Positions 20,237 through 34,611 are shown, counted from the stretch's first letter. The stretch: DNA of 64,000 bases from the human T2T-CHM13v2.0 reference genome, Homo sapiens (GCF_009914755.1 NC_060928.1); one strand, 5' to 3'. The notes: generated from the letters alone by a model not told the origin. Made by a program: numbers and translations.

Positions 20237-21156
20237 TCTCAACTGAAAAATCACATGATGTATAAATTTAGAAAGGAAACTTTATTTCTTATAAAGAATT
20301 TTAGCCTCTACACTGTTTATCCTGACAGGCTGGGAAGCATAGCCTCTAGCAGAGACCATTAGCAGGTACTTTGAAGGAAGAGGAGTTGGCTCAGGGGATT
20401 TATGCTAAAAGAGTTGGCTGAATATACATATTCAACAGGTTATAGGAGCTATGCATATTCATTAAGGAGATCCTGATGCATGTGTACTGAACAAACATGC
20501 ATGTTACATGCTTTACCTGTTCACTTTGGGGTGGAGGCTTAACATGTAAATGCATTACAATCAGACTTTTATAAGTCAAAAAGTAAAGCAGATACACGGA
20601 GGCACTCAGTGCCCAGCCTCTGTCAACCTGCCAGAATGAGTCCGTTGTTGGTGATCTCTTCTCAGGTAAAGTTGCTCAGATCACTCTCTTGTCCAACAAA
20701 CCTGCAGTTGTGGCTTATGGAAAAGGGGTCAGATAGTCAGTGTCTGGGGACAGATGAGCTGCAATTGTTTTTATAGTGTTTATCTTGAGACCAGTGCTTA
20801 TTTCGCTGCTAGAGAATAGACAAACCTTGTGGCAGTCAGAACATAGTTTTTACTTTAAGTGTAGGGGTGCCTGACTTAACCCTTGCCTGCCATGGTCTTA
20901 GGTCCTGTTTATAATTTTATTGCTTACTGCCACAAAGAGTCTGTTCTATCAGTCTCATGACCTCTGTTTTTACATTAATGCTGGTCAGTTGTTATGTCTA
21001 AATTGCAAGTGGAAGGGCTTATGATGAAGTGTGTCTGATCTCCCTTCCCATCATCACTGGGAATTCTGTTTATAAGGTTTCTCTGGAAACCCCTTGGCCA
21101 AGAGACGGTCTATTCAGTTGGTTGTGGGGCTTAGAATTTTAGTTTTAGTTCTCACA
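20237..21156 (-). mobile_element. ERV1 MER4-group solo LTR (MER49-like, ~920 bp)
   Basis: The minus strand begins tgtgagaactaaaactaaaattctaagcccc...tcttggccaagggg and has AATAAA near its 3' end. Near-TSD ccaat/ctaat. Confidence 0.75.
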
Positions 21157-21189
21157 CTAATGACATCAAGTTTGTTCACACTTCTCTGT

Positions 21190-21545
21190 ACCATTGCCTT
21201 TGGGTAGTCCTCTTGTCCACTGACAATAGACTTGACCATGTCACTTTCTTTGATCAGTGAGACAAGCAAAGAATTGAAACGTGATGGACCATTGGAACTT
21301 TTCTTCTTTTGCTGATTTTGGAAACCTGCTGGATAACAAAGACTGGCCCAGTTTACCCCTTCACCTCAGCTGACAGCCTGCCAGCCCTCGGAGCTGTGAC
21401 ACCTACTTGACTGCATCTGCTTGAGTAAGTCTGGTCATAATCAGCAAACTATCCATTCAGCTGAATCCAGCTCAACCTGCTGACCTGAGCCATCAACCAT
21501 GTTGTTTTAAGCTGGTAAATCTGGGGAGACTTGTTACTAAGAATT
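21190..21545 (+). mobile_element. Old MLT1 (MaLR) LTR
   Basis: cttgaccatgtcactttctttg...; 3' end gttgttttaagctggtaaatctggggagacttgttac. Confidence 0.6.
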
Positions 21546-22099
21546 TGGAATTAAAAAACCTGATTCTATGAAGTTTTGGCTGTGTGACTCAGCATCTGAA
21601 AACCTTAGCTCTTCCTCCTTAAAGTTAGGACAATAATAAAATGTACTTAAAATTGCTTTAATAAAGTAAATAATAAATGTGAAAAATATTTGATAAGCTA
21701 CTGTACATGTCAGTTATTACGTAACATCTTACGTATTATTATTTTTAGTTATCATAATGCTAGTTATCATGTGTATTGTTTGAATAATGTTATTTACTGC
21801 CCTATTAACCAAGTTCTCAATAGTTATACAGATTATCTTGTTCGTTGGCGAGACCTATGTGGACCTGGTCCCTAGGCCAAGGCAAAGGGTTTAGAATGGA
21901 CATGTAACCAGAATTTGTTATACCTTGTTCAATGAACCCCTTATGTTGTTCACACAGACCTTTGTTGGACATCTTCAGCAAGCTTCACACATGATAGAAA
22001 CCCCTGCACAAAACAAAGAACTCCAAGGTCTGGCCCTACTAGTTAGTCTCTCTAATGCGTGGGAGAAAGGAGAGGCCAATCTTAGTCATCTGAGGCCTC

Positions 22100-22320
22100 A
22101 TAGTATGAAGCATAGTATCAAGCACTTTATTTCTTATGTTTCTTGATTTCTCTCTGCTTTCGTTTCTTGATCTACAAAACGTGGGAAAATAACAATAACT
22201 ACAGCATAGTCTTGTGAGAAATAAATGAACTGATGCTTAGAAAGTGATCAGAACACTACCAAACAAGTTCTCAATAATATATATCATAAGTGCTCAAGAA
22301 GTAAAGAGCTGTCATTATTT
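22100..22320 (+). mobile_element. MIR fragment
   Basis: tctctgctttcgtttcttgatctacaaaacgtggg...cttgtgagaaataaatga...aagtgctcaa. Confidence 0.6.
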
Positions 22321-24344
22321 TTACAATTTTTGTAACATCATAGTACAATTGTACTGTTACTACTGTTTTATTGCATTACTTTTCTTTGGACTATGTAGTC
22401 TATAAAAAACTCTACTAGTTCTCTTATTTTTGCCACATATAAGCTAACATGAATATACAAATATTTCAAATTGATCATCTAGGCAATTTTTAATATTATT
22501 TACAACATGTAGGTAAAACAATCTTTGATTATTTGACATATAAATTTAGATAGAAACTTATCAATACAGATTTTGAGAGGGAAAAAAGTATACTTAGTAC
22601 ACATAAATGATTATTTACAGACATAACAAAATATCCCTTAAAAAGCTGATGTCTAAGAGACATCAGCATTTTTGTTCATTGGCTTTTCTCTACTTAAAAA
22701 CAATGGGAGGAAAATTTTTAACTGAACTGAATTATTTCAGATGAGGGGAAGAGTCAGAATTTCTTTTTTTGTTTGTTAAATGCATAAGGACTTTTTTTCT
22801 CATTTCTATTAAGTTCATGGCTTTTCAGATGTTCAGGAAATGTTATTTATGACAGAGCTTGATAAGAATATAGCTGCTGTGTTAGCAATAGACATATCAC
22901 TGAAAACTCAACTTATTATTATAGAAAATACCATATCTGCCAATCTTAAACTGCAGCCACTAGACAAGGGAATGAGGTCAAAGAAAATGGATGAAACAGT
23001 AAAATACAAAAACATAAGCAAGAACATTTTTATTTCATACCAGATATCCTGAATCCTTAGCTATCCACAGGATAATCATGTAAGAAGAGATAAATAGATG
23101 AAAAAGGGAGGCTAAAGCAAGTGAAACCCAAAGAATTCACCCCAAATCTAGAGGCCATACATTGTAAACATGGTTAATTCCCAGAAATCGGGCATTAACA
23201 AGAGGCAGAAAAGGAGTCCTTGAAGGTGTAGGAAGGGAAAGCCAAATGAGTCTATTCTACATTTTTGAATCTACATTTAGAATTAGAGAAAAGAATCAAA
23301 AAGAAAAATGATAACTTGGGGAATACCTTTAGAAAAACAGAAATAAAAACAAAAATATTTAAAGTTATACAAGTACATTGTGCTAAATGTGTATTTTTTG
23401 AGTGGGAATATACTTAACATTTTTATTTACTGTAGTCAAAATATTACAGCAATTTACATGGTAAGATAGACATCTGTTCCTGTTTCTGGTTCTGGTTTCT
23501 TCTCTTCAAATATTAAGAACATAAAATAAAATTGAATGTATGGTAATCAAAAGTTTTTCCATAAGTTAATATTCATATTAAAGTAGTGTTACGTAAGATA
23601 TAAGTAAGCGTTACATAAGATATAAATGAGAAGTAAAATATAACTCAAAATTTTTAGTAATTCTGACCAATTAAGAAGTTTCTTCTAATGTAATAGGAAT
23701 AACAATATCAAGTTATTGGTTAACCAGGAACCCACAATATATGGATGTTTTCTATGGCAGAGTGTAGTATGACATTCTAACAGATTATTTTGATTAGTCG
23801 TAAAACAGGAACATTTTATTTTCTTCATTGTAAATATAATTAATCTCATTCTCAGTGACACCACATAAGGTGAAGACTCAAATTTTGAAAATTTTAAATT
23901 AGATTTTTGAAGATAAGAACAAATTCTGCCTAGTTTTTGAAAGCTAAACACATTAGATCATGGCTTCTCTTGAACATGAAAGCTAAAACTCAAGTTCTTC
24001 CAGGTGAAAATCACTGGAGGGCAGACCAAATAGACAAAGGGACAGGAAGAGGGAAGCAAAACAGCCAAGAAACAGAACTCACAGTCCAACACATACTTCC
24101 TCTGAAATTCTTTGCACTTTAAACTATTAATTTTTCACATATAGTTTTCAACTTGATTAATCCTACAGTGCTTAGATTTTATTCTATTTTTTTCTGTGGT
24201 GTTCTTTGCCATTTTACTTGCACTTTAGAATTTCTATTCATTATCTATTTTACCTGCCCTTCATATATTAACTTGCATTTTTGTATGGTAAGTACACACA
24301 GATCAGTCATATTTCCTCTTCCTAAAATCAGAATTAGGCAAATA

Positions 24345-24862
<518 letters not shown>

Positions 24863-24989
24863 CACTTTTCTTTTTAAATAAGTTATAGAAATAAAAATAG
24901 AACTTAATTCTATTAAATTCTGAGTGCGTTTCCACTAGGGCTAATATTAACAAAATATCAAAATACTTTTTCATTGGGCATTTTCTCCA

Positions 24990-25560
24990 GCTTTCATAAT
25001 TTTTTTTACTGTTGTGTAACAAATTACCATAAACATAGAAGTATGAATTACATGTATTAATTACCTCACAGATGTGTTTTCATTTGAAGCTTGAGGCTCT
25101 CTTTCAATCTTACTGGTTGTTGAAAAATTTCAGTTTAAGTGATTATAGGACTGAAATTCCCCTTTTCCTTCCATTTATTGGCCAGAAACTGCTCTCAGTC
25201 TTAAAGGCCACCCTCAATTTCTTGCCATGTAGCCCCCTCAACAGGCAATTCAAAAGAGCAATTTTACTTCTTCTAAGTCAGCAGGAGAAATCCCTCTTGC
25301 TTCGAATGGGTCTGACCTCTTTTAGTGGCTTACATGACTGAATTAGGCCGAATCAGGATAATTCTCTTTTGATTAACTCAGTTACTGACTGGGAACCTTA
25401 ATTACATACTCAGAATCCCTTTTGCCATATAATATAACATCATCATCGGGGGGCATCTCACTGTATTCTAAGCCTCTTTCAAAGTGAGGTATGTTATACA
25501 GGGTATGTACAACAGCATGGTGAGAATCCTGGGGGCTAATTCAGGATTCTGACTACCACA
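24990..25560 (-). mobile_element. MLT1G-like MaLR LTR
   Basis: ctgttgtgtaacaaattacca...; gggaaccttaattacatactcagaatcccttttgccatataatataac; terminus ttctgactaccaca. Confidence 0.7.
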
Positions 25561-25849
25561 ACTACAATCTGGATATTTTTAAATTTTAACTTGGATGTTT
25601 ATGAGAGCTTTTAAACCACATAAAGCACCAGATTTTTTAGAACAAAAATTTAGCTTCTACATCAGCTCAGAAGTTGCCACACATCATGACCACACGTAAT
25701 TTAATCGACCTCAGGAATCAAATATGGTTATTTTCTCTGATTACATAGAAACAATTATTAGCATCTTATAGAACTGTCTTAATAGCTACAGTGTTTATAC
25801 TGAGAGTCTGGGTAAACACCTAGCCACATAAATCTTTAAATGAAAAATA

Positions 25850-26911
25850 TGAGACTGCCTGTTTCAGCTCTGACATGCAAGAGATTGGAAGTCAACGCTT
25901 TCATTCTTACAACAAAAAAGACTAAACAAACTGAAAATCAATTACTTTTTCTTTTGACCCATCAGAGAACTGAGGTCTCAAGGCAAATTGTCACCTCAAA
26001 AGCTGGAGAGACAGAAAAATACAGCTGAGATCTGCTTAACTAGAACAGAAGTTGCTGGAACCACAGACTTGTAGAAACACTTAAGTGGTAATTTGCTCAA
26101 CTGCTGGCTGCCGAGTGTAGACTAGCATAAGAGTGGAAACTCTGGCATCTTCAGTCTTAGGGAGCTCCTCACACTTTCACTGGTTTTACCTCTAGGTTCT
26201 ATAAAAGGATCTCAGTGCAGATCCAGGAAAGATCTTGTGGCTTTGGCAAGAGGAAGAAAAGAGTAATTAGGAAATACGCACAGACCCTCACCAGTACAAA
26301 GTCTTGCTCTCCTGGGGAAAGATTTTACCCAGTTTTATCCTAGTTTTAGAAAGGAGACTTTTCCCCGCTACAGCCCCTATTAGCCTTCCTATCACATAAG
26401 CAGTGGGGGAGGAAGGAGGTGGGAAGTGGAATTGCTAGCAAGTGGAGAAACAATTGTAAGGGCCACAGCCTAGAGACACAGGCCCACAATAAGACTGAGA
26501 TTTAATCAGAAAATTTTATAACACTTCTTTTCCTCAATACCATAGCACTACATTCACAGGATTATATTATAATAGAAGATTACAGTTGACTGAGCTGCAA
26601 GACATAGACTCTCTCTGAAGAGGAAGATTTAGGGAAGCCCAAACTGAAGAGTGAAGTAAAAAAAAAAAAAGGAATTACAAAGCCTCTGACACTTATGACA
26701 CCTACACCTACAGGAAACAATAAACACAGCCCAGCTCCTAACCAGATTAGCATAAAACCACATACTATAGGTCTATTTACCTTAGTTTCAATTACCTGAT
26801 ACAACATATCCAGCTTTCAACAGAAAATTATATTCAGTAAGATAGAACATACTCGGACTGTGGGGAAAAATAAACAAAAACTAAATTTGTTTAAAGGAAA
26901 GAAATCACCTG
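25850..26911 (+). mobile_element. Ancient L1M (L1MC/MD-type) 5' region, host of later insertions
   Basis: 5' motifs (ttcagctctgacatgcaagagattggaagtc; aacaaactgaaaatcaa; tccagctttcaacagaaaatta). The element continues after 28516. Confidence 0.6.
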
Positions 26912-28502
26912 AGGCAATGCTGACCTCATAAAACAGATTTGGAAGTGGTTCTTCTTCAGTTTTTTGGGGCAAAGTTTAAGAAAGATTCATGTTAATTCTT
27001 TTTTAATCATTTGGTAGTATTCACCAGTAATGCCATCTGGTCCTGGGCTTTCCTTTGGTGGGAGGTTATTGGTAAATGATTACATCTCCTTATTCATTAC
27101 TGTTTTTTTCAGGCTTTCTAGTTCTTCATGAGTCAGTCCTAGTAAATTGTAAGATTTTAGAAATTTATTCATTTTTTCTAAGTTATCCTAGTTTGCTAGT
27201 TTATTGTTCGTAATAGTCTCTTGTGATCCTTTGTTATTTTTGTGGCATCAGTTGAGAAAAAACCACACATATACTGGATATAAACATGCAAAAGAATGAA
27301 ATTAGACATTTATCTTAAGCAATACACAAAAATTATCTCACAATGGATGAAATATCTAAATATAAGACCTGTAACTGTAAAACTCCTAGAAGAAAACATA
27401 GCAGAAAATCTTCATGACATTGAACCTCACAATGATTTATTTGATGTGACACCAAAAGCAAAAGTAACAAAAGCAAAGTTAGGCCAGTGGGACTACATCA
27501 AACTAAAAAGCTTCTGCACAGCAAATGAGGCAATCCACAAGATGAAAAGACAACCTACAGAATGGGAGAAAATACTTGCAAGCCATATATCTGATAAGCT
27601 ATGGAAATCCAAAATGTATAAAAAACTCCAACAACTCAACATCAAAAAAACAAATAACACGATTTAAAAATGGGTAAAGGTCTTGAATAGATATTTTTCC
27701 AAAGAAGACATATGATAAAATGCTCAACATCAATCATCAGAGAGTACAAATCAAAACCTCAATGAGATGGCACTTACAACCTTTCAAGGTTACTAAAACA
27801 TACATGCACACACATACACACACACAAGTAACAAGTATTGGCAATGACGTGGGGAAATCGGAACCTTTGTACACTGTTGGTAGAAAGGTAAAATGGTGCA
27901 ATAACTAAAGAAAATTGTATGGAGATATCTCAAAAACTTAGAAATATTATATGATCCAGCAATCCACTTCAGAGTATATATCCAAAAGCATTGAAATCAT
28001 AATCTCAAGAGGCTTAGCACTTCCATATTCATTACAGCATTATTTATAATAGTCAAAAGGCAGAAACAACCTAAATTCCATCAATGAATTACCTAATAAA
28101 GAACATGTGATATAATGCATTTGATTTTTAGCCTTAAAAACAAAGGAAATTATGCCATTTTGAACAACAAAGATGAACTTAAAGGACGTTATACCAAATG
28201 AAATAAACCAGTTACAGAAGAATGAATGCTTCATGATTCCACTTAAATGAGGTATCTAAAATAGTCAGTTTCATAGAGAGTAGGACAGTGGTTTCCTGAA
28301 ACTAGGGAGAGAGGAAAGCAAAAAGTTGATGTTCAATGACATGAAGTTTTATTTATGCAGAAACAAAAGTTCTACAGAACTGCTGTGCCTACAGTTAAAA
28401 ATACTGTGCTGTAAACAGTTAAAAAATGAGAGGGTATATCTCATGTTAAGCATTCTTACAAAAATTAAAAGTAAATTAATTTAAAAAATTATAAATAAGA
28501 AT
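26912..28502 (+). mobile_element. L1MA8-10-like element with 5' inversion (inverted ORF2 piece 26912-27253, sense part 27272-28502)
   Basis: ORFs 27296..27667 and 27720..27908 are ORF2 C-terminal remnants. L1MA 3'UTR and A-tail present. Degenerate 14-bp TSD aaagaaatcacctg (26898-26911) / aaaaaattcacctg (28503-28516). Confidence 0.8.
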
Positions 28503-28516
28503 AAAAAATTCACCTG

Positions 28517-31465
28517 GAAAATGCCCAACTATGTGAAGATCAAACAAAACACATCTAAATAAAATATGGAACCAAGAAGCAGTCTCAAAGGAAATATAAG
28601 AATTATTTTGGACTTAATAAAAATACAACCTGTCAAAACTTGTGTAATGCAGTGAAATCAGTGATTAGAAGAAAATTTACGCATGAAATGTATGTACTAA
28701 AAATAAGAAAGGTCTAAAATGAGTAACCTAAGATTTATCTTAGGAATTCAGAGAATGCAGGGCAATTTAGCCTAAAGCAAGCTGAAAAAATGAAAATGAA
28801 AGCACAATTCAGTAAAACTGAATTGTAATTCTTTGAAAGTATTTAAAAATTGATAAACTTATCTCCAGGCTATTTAAGAGACAGAGAGAGAATACAAACT
28901 ACCAGTATCAGAAATGAAGCTCATACATTTATGCAATAAAACATATTTTTAGCAATAAGAAGAAATGAACTATCAGGCCACTAAAAGACATGGATGAATC
29001 ATTAATCTACCCTGCAAAGGGGAAGAAGCCTGTGTGGGGAAAAACAACAACAGCAACACCAACAACACAGATTGGATAAGTTCCAGAAAATGCAAAGCTA
29101 TAGAGATAGAAGACAGATTAATGGTTACCAGTGTTTGAATATGTAAAGCACAAGGTGATTTTATTTTTAGAAGGAAGAAACTATTCTGTGTGGTACTGTA
29201 ATGACAGTTGTATGACACTATGCCTGTATCAAAATCTATAGACCCTTACAGAATAAAAAGTGAACCTGAACGTATACAAAATTTTCAACAGGTCATTTAG
29301 GAGGTTGAAGAATCTTAATACAGAATTCAGAATGTGACAAAACAATGTAACTGCATTAAAAATGTATGGGACAACTTTACAGCCAGGAATAAGGGGAAAA
29401 ACTGCTAAATTGAATAACTTTCAAAATCAATACAATCTATAAAATAAATGCAAAAAGAACTGTACATCGCATTGTACTTTAGTTGATAAAGTAGCTTCCC
29501 ACAGAGGTGTGGCATAACAATTCTGATAGCTCTATATGTGTATGCTGGTATTTAACAATTAAGTAAATGAAGATGGGAGTGGGATTTCTCACTGTTGAAG
29601 TGCAAGATTACAGATAATCAAAGAGAGGAGGCTAAAGAGATCCATATGGAAATTTATTAGAGTTGTAAACATAAGTACAAAGTTTAATTAGTGTAAATTA
29701 ATATACATATATAGACATTTCTAGACATCTGTGTAGTATCTCACTGACAGGGCAGGAGCACCATCATCTTAGACAAACACTGCCACTTTAAGTTTCGGCT
29801 CCCTTTCTAGCTTCATGCATTTCAAGCAAATCACTTCTCTTCTAACTATAAGCAGCCAGAGAAAGCAGAGAGTGAAACACAGATAAGACAGCTTGGGCAC
29901 AGGGGAGGTGGGGGAAAAGTCTCTTGGGTAATTGCCAATCTTCACCCTCATACAATGAACCCCAATAAAACAGTGGGCCTTAATAAGCACATTTCTTTCC
30001 CTTCAAGTGCACTAAAACAGGAAAGCTAAAAGCAGACTCGGGGGTATGCCTGCAGCTGCAAAAAAATGTATAAAAAAAGACACACAACTCTCCCTCCCAG
30101 ATAAGCACAACAAAAAAACACAGAAGCAGTCAAAGCCTCTAATAAACTCTCCCACTTTAAACCCTTAAAAACTCTTAGTCTGTAAAAAAGCGTGCTTCTA
30201 ACCTAATGCAGCCAAACGCCCCTCTCAGGTTTGTTTTCTCTACAATAAACCTGTCTTGACTGTCAAGCCATCTTTCGTGTTTCTTTCCTCTTTCTTTAAT
30301 TCTTATACTTATACACGCACATGTCTTTGCTCTGTCAGCTGAAAGGGCCTAGAAGCAACAACATCCTGGTAGCAATTAGCACACTTAACTCTCAGATCTT
30401 GGTTTCTAATACTATTCTCCAATAAAAAGAACCAATAAAATAGCTGATTATAAGGCTGACATAGGAAACATACAATATGAACCCAGAACATTTTGTAGTG
30501 GCAGAGAGTAATAAATTGCTCAAAACTTAAAAATTTAAAAAAAAATAAAAACACCCACCAAAGAGACAGAGGAACCCAAATGAAAGAGCCCCTAGTGGCC
30601 AAAACTATAACAATTTGTGCAACAAAATAAAGTACTATTAGACTATAACCCAAAGTATGAAATGATTGTCCATGAGTACATACTGATATAAATAGTTACA
30701 TAAAAGTATAGAAAAGACAAATGACCAGTGCAGAAGAATTCCAAGTAATTTATTTAGATACTTTGCCCTCAAGAAGGTGAAGTGCAACTCCCCACTTCCT
30801 AAGTATGAGCAGAGCGTTACATCATTTCAGAGAATGCAATATGGAAAGCGGGGACAAAGAGTAACTTCACAGTAGAGAAACCTGACAAGCATTACCTCAG
30901 CTAGGTGATCAAAATTAACACCAACGGCAATAAGTCATGTTGATAGCCTGTAACCTTGAGAAGATATGATAAAAATAGTAATTAATCTCTTTGGTCACTC
31001 TCCCAAAAAATGCACAACTCCATTCCATTCATGAGATAAACATGAGAAAAATTCCAACCGATTATGTAAAATATCTAATCAAAACTCCTCAAAACTCTAA
31101 ACATCAACAAAAATGAAGGAAGCCTCTGAAGTTGTCACAGCCAAGAGGAGCCTAATGGTATATGACTGGTAAGTGTAACATGATATTCTGAATATGACAC
31201 TAGAGCCCCCCCCCCAAGAAAAAACAGAGAGAAGAAAAAGAAGAAAGATGGAAAGATAATACGAGGTAAAAACTAAACAAAAAAAAGTATGAAAACTGAT
31301 TCATTAATTATAACAAATGTGCTATACTAATGTGAGATGTTAACACTAGACTAAACTAAATATAGTTTAGGGCATAGTTTAGGGCATAGGGAACACTTAA
31401 TACTAGCTTTACAATTTTTCTGTAAACCTAAACTCTTTCAAAGTAAGAGTTTATTTTTAAAGGGA
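28517..31465 (+). mobile_element. Ancient L1MD/MC ORF2 remnant and long 3'UTR (interrupted by MER41 LTR)
   Basis: ctgtcagctgaaagggcctagaagcaa; cagatcttggtttctaatac; gagaaacctgacaagcattacctcagctaggtgatcaa; 3' end caatttttctgtaaacctaaact. Confidence 0.75.
29745..30307 (+). mobile_element. MER41C/D-like ERV1 solo LTR
   Basis: Starts tgacagggcaggagcaccatcatctt, has AATAAA at 30244 and ends tttctttaattcttata. ~560 bp. Confidence 0.8.
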
Positions 31466-31484
31466 AAATATTATTTGAACTGTC

Positions 31485-31893
31485 TGATATGGGCGAATTT
31501 TGTCCCTGCACAGTTCATATATTTAACCTCTAACCCCTAGTGTGATTATATTTGGAAATATGGCCTTAAATGAAGTAATTAAGGTTAAAAGAGTTCATAA
31601 GGGTGGGTCCTAATCCACCAGGACTGGTATCTTCAGTTCATAAGGGTGGGTCCTAATCCACCAGGACTGGTATCTTCATGAGAAAAAACACCAGAAAACT
31701 CTCTCCACACCTGCACAGAGGAAAAGCCATATGAGGATACAGTGAAATGTGGACATCTACAAACCAATAATAGAGGCCTCACCAAAAAGGAAACCTGCCA
31801 GCACCTTGATCTGAGACTTCTAGCCTCCAAAACTGCAAGCCAATGCATTTCTGTTGTTTCAATATTTTGTTACGGCAGCTAAAAGACTAATAA
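31485..31893 (+). mobile_element. MLT1A-like MaLR LTR
   Basis: tgatatgggcgaattttgtccc; aattaaggttaaa; cttgatctgagacttctagcctccaaaactg; tttgttacggcagc...gactaata. Confidence 0.85.
31592..31677 (+). repeat. Perfect 43-bp tandem duplication
   Basis: agttcataagggtgggtcctaatccaccaggactggtatcttc x2. Confidence 0.97.
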
Positions 31894-32922
31894 ACATTCA
31901 TTAGCAGTGTTATCAACTTGAATACACTGTGGTTTGAAAGAGATGCCCAAGAAAATTCCAGGCAACTTGAAAAATATTCATCTAATGTGAATATACTCTA
32001 AAGATATTAATGAATATGCTATTTGATTTACAGTTGAAATAAAAATACTATGCATGTTTGTATTGTCAGATAATCATGTTTGAAGGATGAACAAGCTTAG
32101 CAGTCAGAGAAAAAAGATTTGTGCTTAGGCAGCAAATGGAACTGCTACACACTGACAGTCTAATACTTGTGTGTTTTTACCATTTCATACAGTTAGAAGG
32201 TCAAGTTCGATATATGAGACCAAATAATTACCTCACTTGTGATTTAACTATTTCTTCAAAGTAAGAAACATTTGCATATGCCTATTTCTTTGTATAAGCC
32301 TCCCTTTGTTCTGATGTTTTGGTCTAGACTAATACAGTCTTGAAATATGACATCCTCACCAACACCACCATTATGTGCTTTATTCACATTTCTCACTTAT
32401 GAGAAGTTACACCCTAACTAGAGCAATAGCCAGAATAGTAAATTTATGCAAAATTAACATATAATAGCTTTGCTGGTTGCAAATTCAAATAATGATGCTT
32501 AGACGTATAGTGCCCGTCCTAATTTAATGAGAACATTAAAAACATTAAATATCTGCTCTCTTTTTTTGACTTAATTCAACAAAATCATTGAAGTGATTTT
32601 CCATTTTACTTTAACGAATGGATTTTAGAAAGCATTTCCACCCACTTCAGAATCAACATTACATGGAGAGTTTGCAAATCAGAGTTTTAATTAAAGCTCT
32701 TCTCAAAGAATACTGTAATTACATGAAAAGTTTATTTGACTAGGAACAATAGAAACCTATTAACCCATTGGACTCTGCTCACTGAAGGCATGATTTTTAA
32801 TAAACTTAGTTAAATATCAGAGCATTCTCTTATTAACTGTAATAGCCAGTAATTGGAGTTTGGAGTACTAAACTTATTCATAAAATTTTACACAAAAATG
32901 TCTGAAAAAGTAGTTGATGACT

Positions 32923-33214
<292 letters not shown>

Positions 33215-33254
33215 AAAAAGTAGGTAATGACTAATCATTCACAATTCTTCCTTG

Positions 33255-33380
33255 TGTAATGCTCTCCAGAAGTAGAATATAAGTTCTTTGAGGGTGGCAA
33301 CATTTGTTTCATTCTCTTCTCTATCCCCAGCATTGGAAAAGCACTGAAATATAATAGGTAGTCTATAAATATTTATTGAA
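33255..33380 (+). mobile_element. L2 3' end fragment
   Basis: tagaatataagttctttgagggtggc...tatccccagca...ataaatatttattgaa. Confidence 0.7.
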
Positions 33381-34611
33381 CCCATTACGACTTTCACAGA
33401 AAGCATGAACTCAAGAATTGCTTCTTTTTCCCTAAATAATACTGTAGAACCTATAACCCTTGCAGATCCTATGTGAAGTGGCTCTTGACAAAGTTTGAAG
33501 AAGACAAATTCTATAACGCAGAATACATTGATCTGCATTGCTATCTGTGCTACCTGGCTACTAAAAATTTTAAGCTGAAACAAAAACAAGATTATGTTCA
33601 GATCATAATATTTTAGTAGTCTTATTATTTTCTTTGGTAATCACAAAGTACCACCTTTCTAAGAAATGCAAAACCAAAGTTAAAGAATACAGTGAAGAAT
33701 CCAGAAATTCTACCACATTACAATTTAGCTGTAAAGTTTTGAAGGATTATTAATAGAAGTAAATATAACTGTTTTTTTGCTCCAGAAGGTATAATTTATT
33801 TTGAAGGAAGTTTTGAAGTCAGTATAAGGAATATGTAACCATTATAGCTGTTGATTTTTGAAGTGAATACTCTGGTAATGGGGGTTCCCTATTACTTGAA
33901 TATATTCAAGATATGTTTGACAAAGATTCTTGACACAATCAGAGACTTGAATATATATTAATTAAGGCTATTTGTAGCTTTGAAAGTCCACAAGACTATG
34001 TTTATTTTCATATATTTACAACTATCTATTTTACTACTGTATAGTCACAAAAGCACTAAACTTGGTTTATATGTCTTTAGTTCAAGTACTGACTGTGCAG
34101 ACTATTTTTGGGAAATTGGATAGTCTCTGTTAGTCTTTTGGAATTGACAAAAACATTCTTCAGAGAGTCATCAGTAAGGACTAAATATAACATAATATGC
34201 ATTCTAAAATATTATATACATTAAGTATATCTATATATAATAAATCATTTATTGAGCACCTATATACCAATATATTTCACTTACTTTTCCTTTAACTTAT
34301 TAGGGCTACTGTTTACCAGGCAATAAGCTAGTCTCAAAGATGCAAAAGCAAACAAGTACAAAACATCCCTCATAGATCCAACAGATGTTTTTCTCATGAT
34401 CTAGTCATTCTAATTTACAGTTGAATGAAACAATGCTTCAGATTATGTAATAACTTGCCAAGGACTACACCACTATCTGTGGCACAACTAGACTGGAACC
34501 AGGTCTGTGTATATCAAGACCCTATAGGTAAGGTCTTTCATCCAAAGAATCTAGATATTTATGTACATTTGATTATTTATCTTGATACGATTAATATAAT
34601 ATAGGGAGTTC

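Noticed and set aside
34505-34534. ccctaTAG|GTAAGG as another recursive splice site
   Set aside because: Poor pyrimidine tract with an upstream AG, at the edge of MIR-like sequence.
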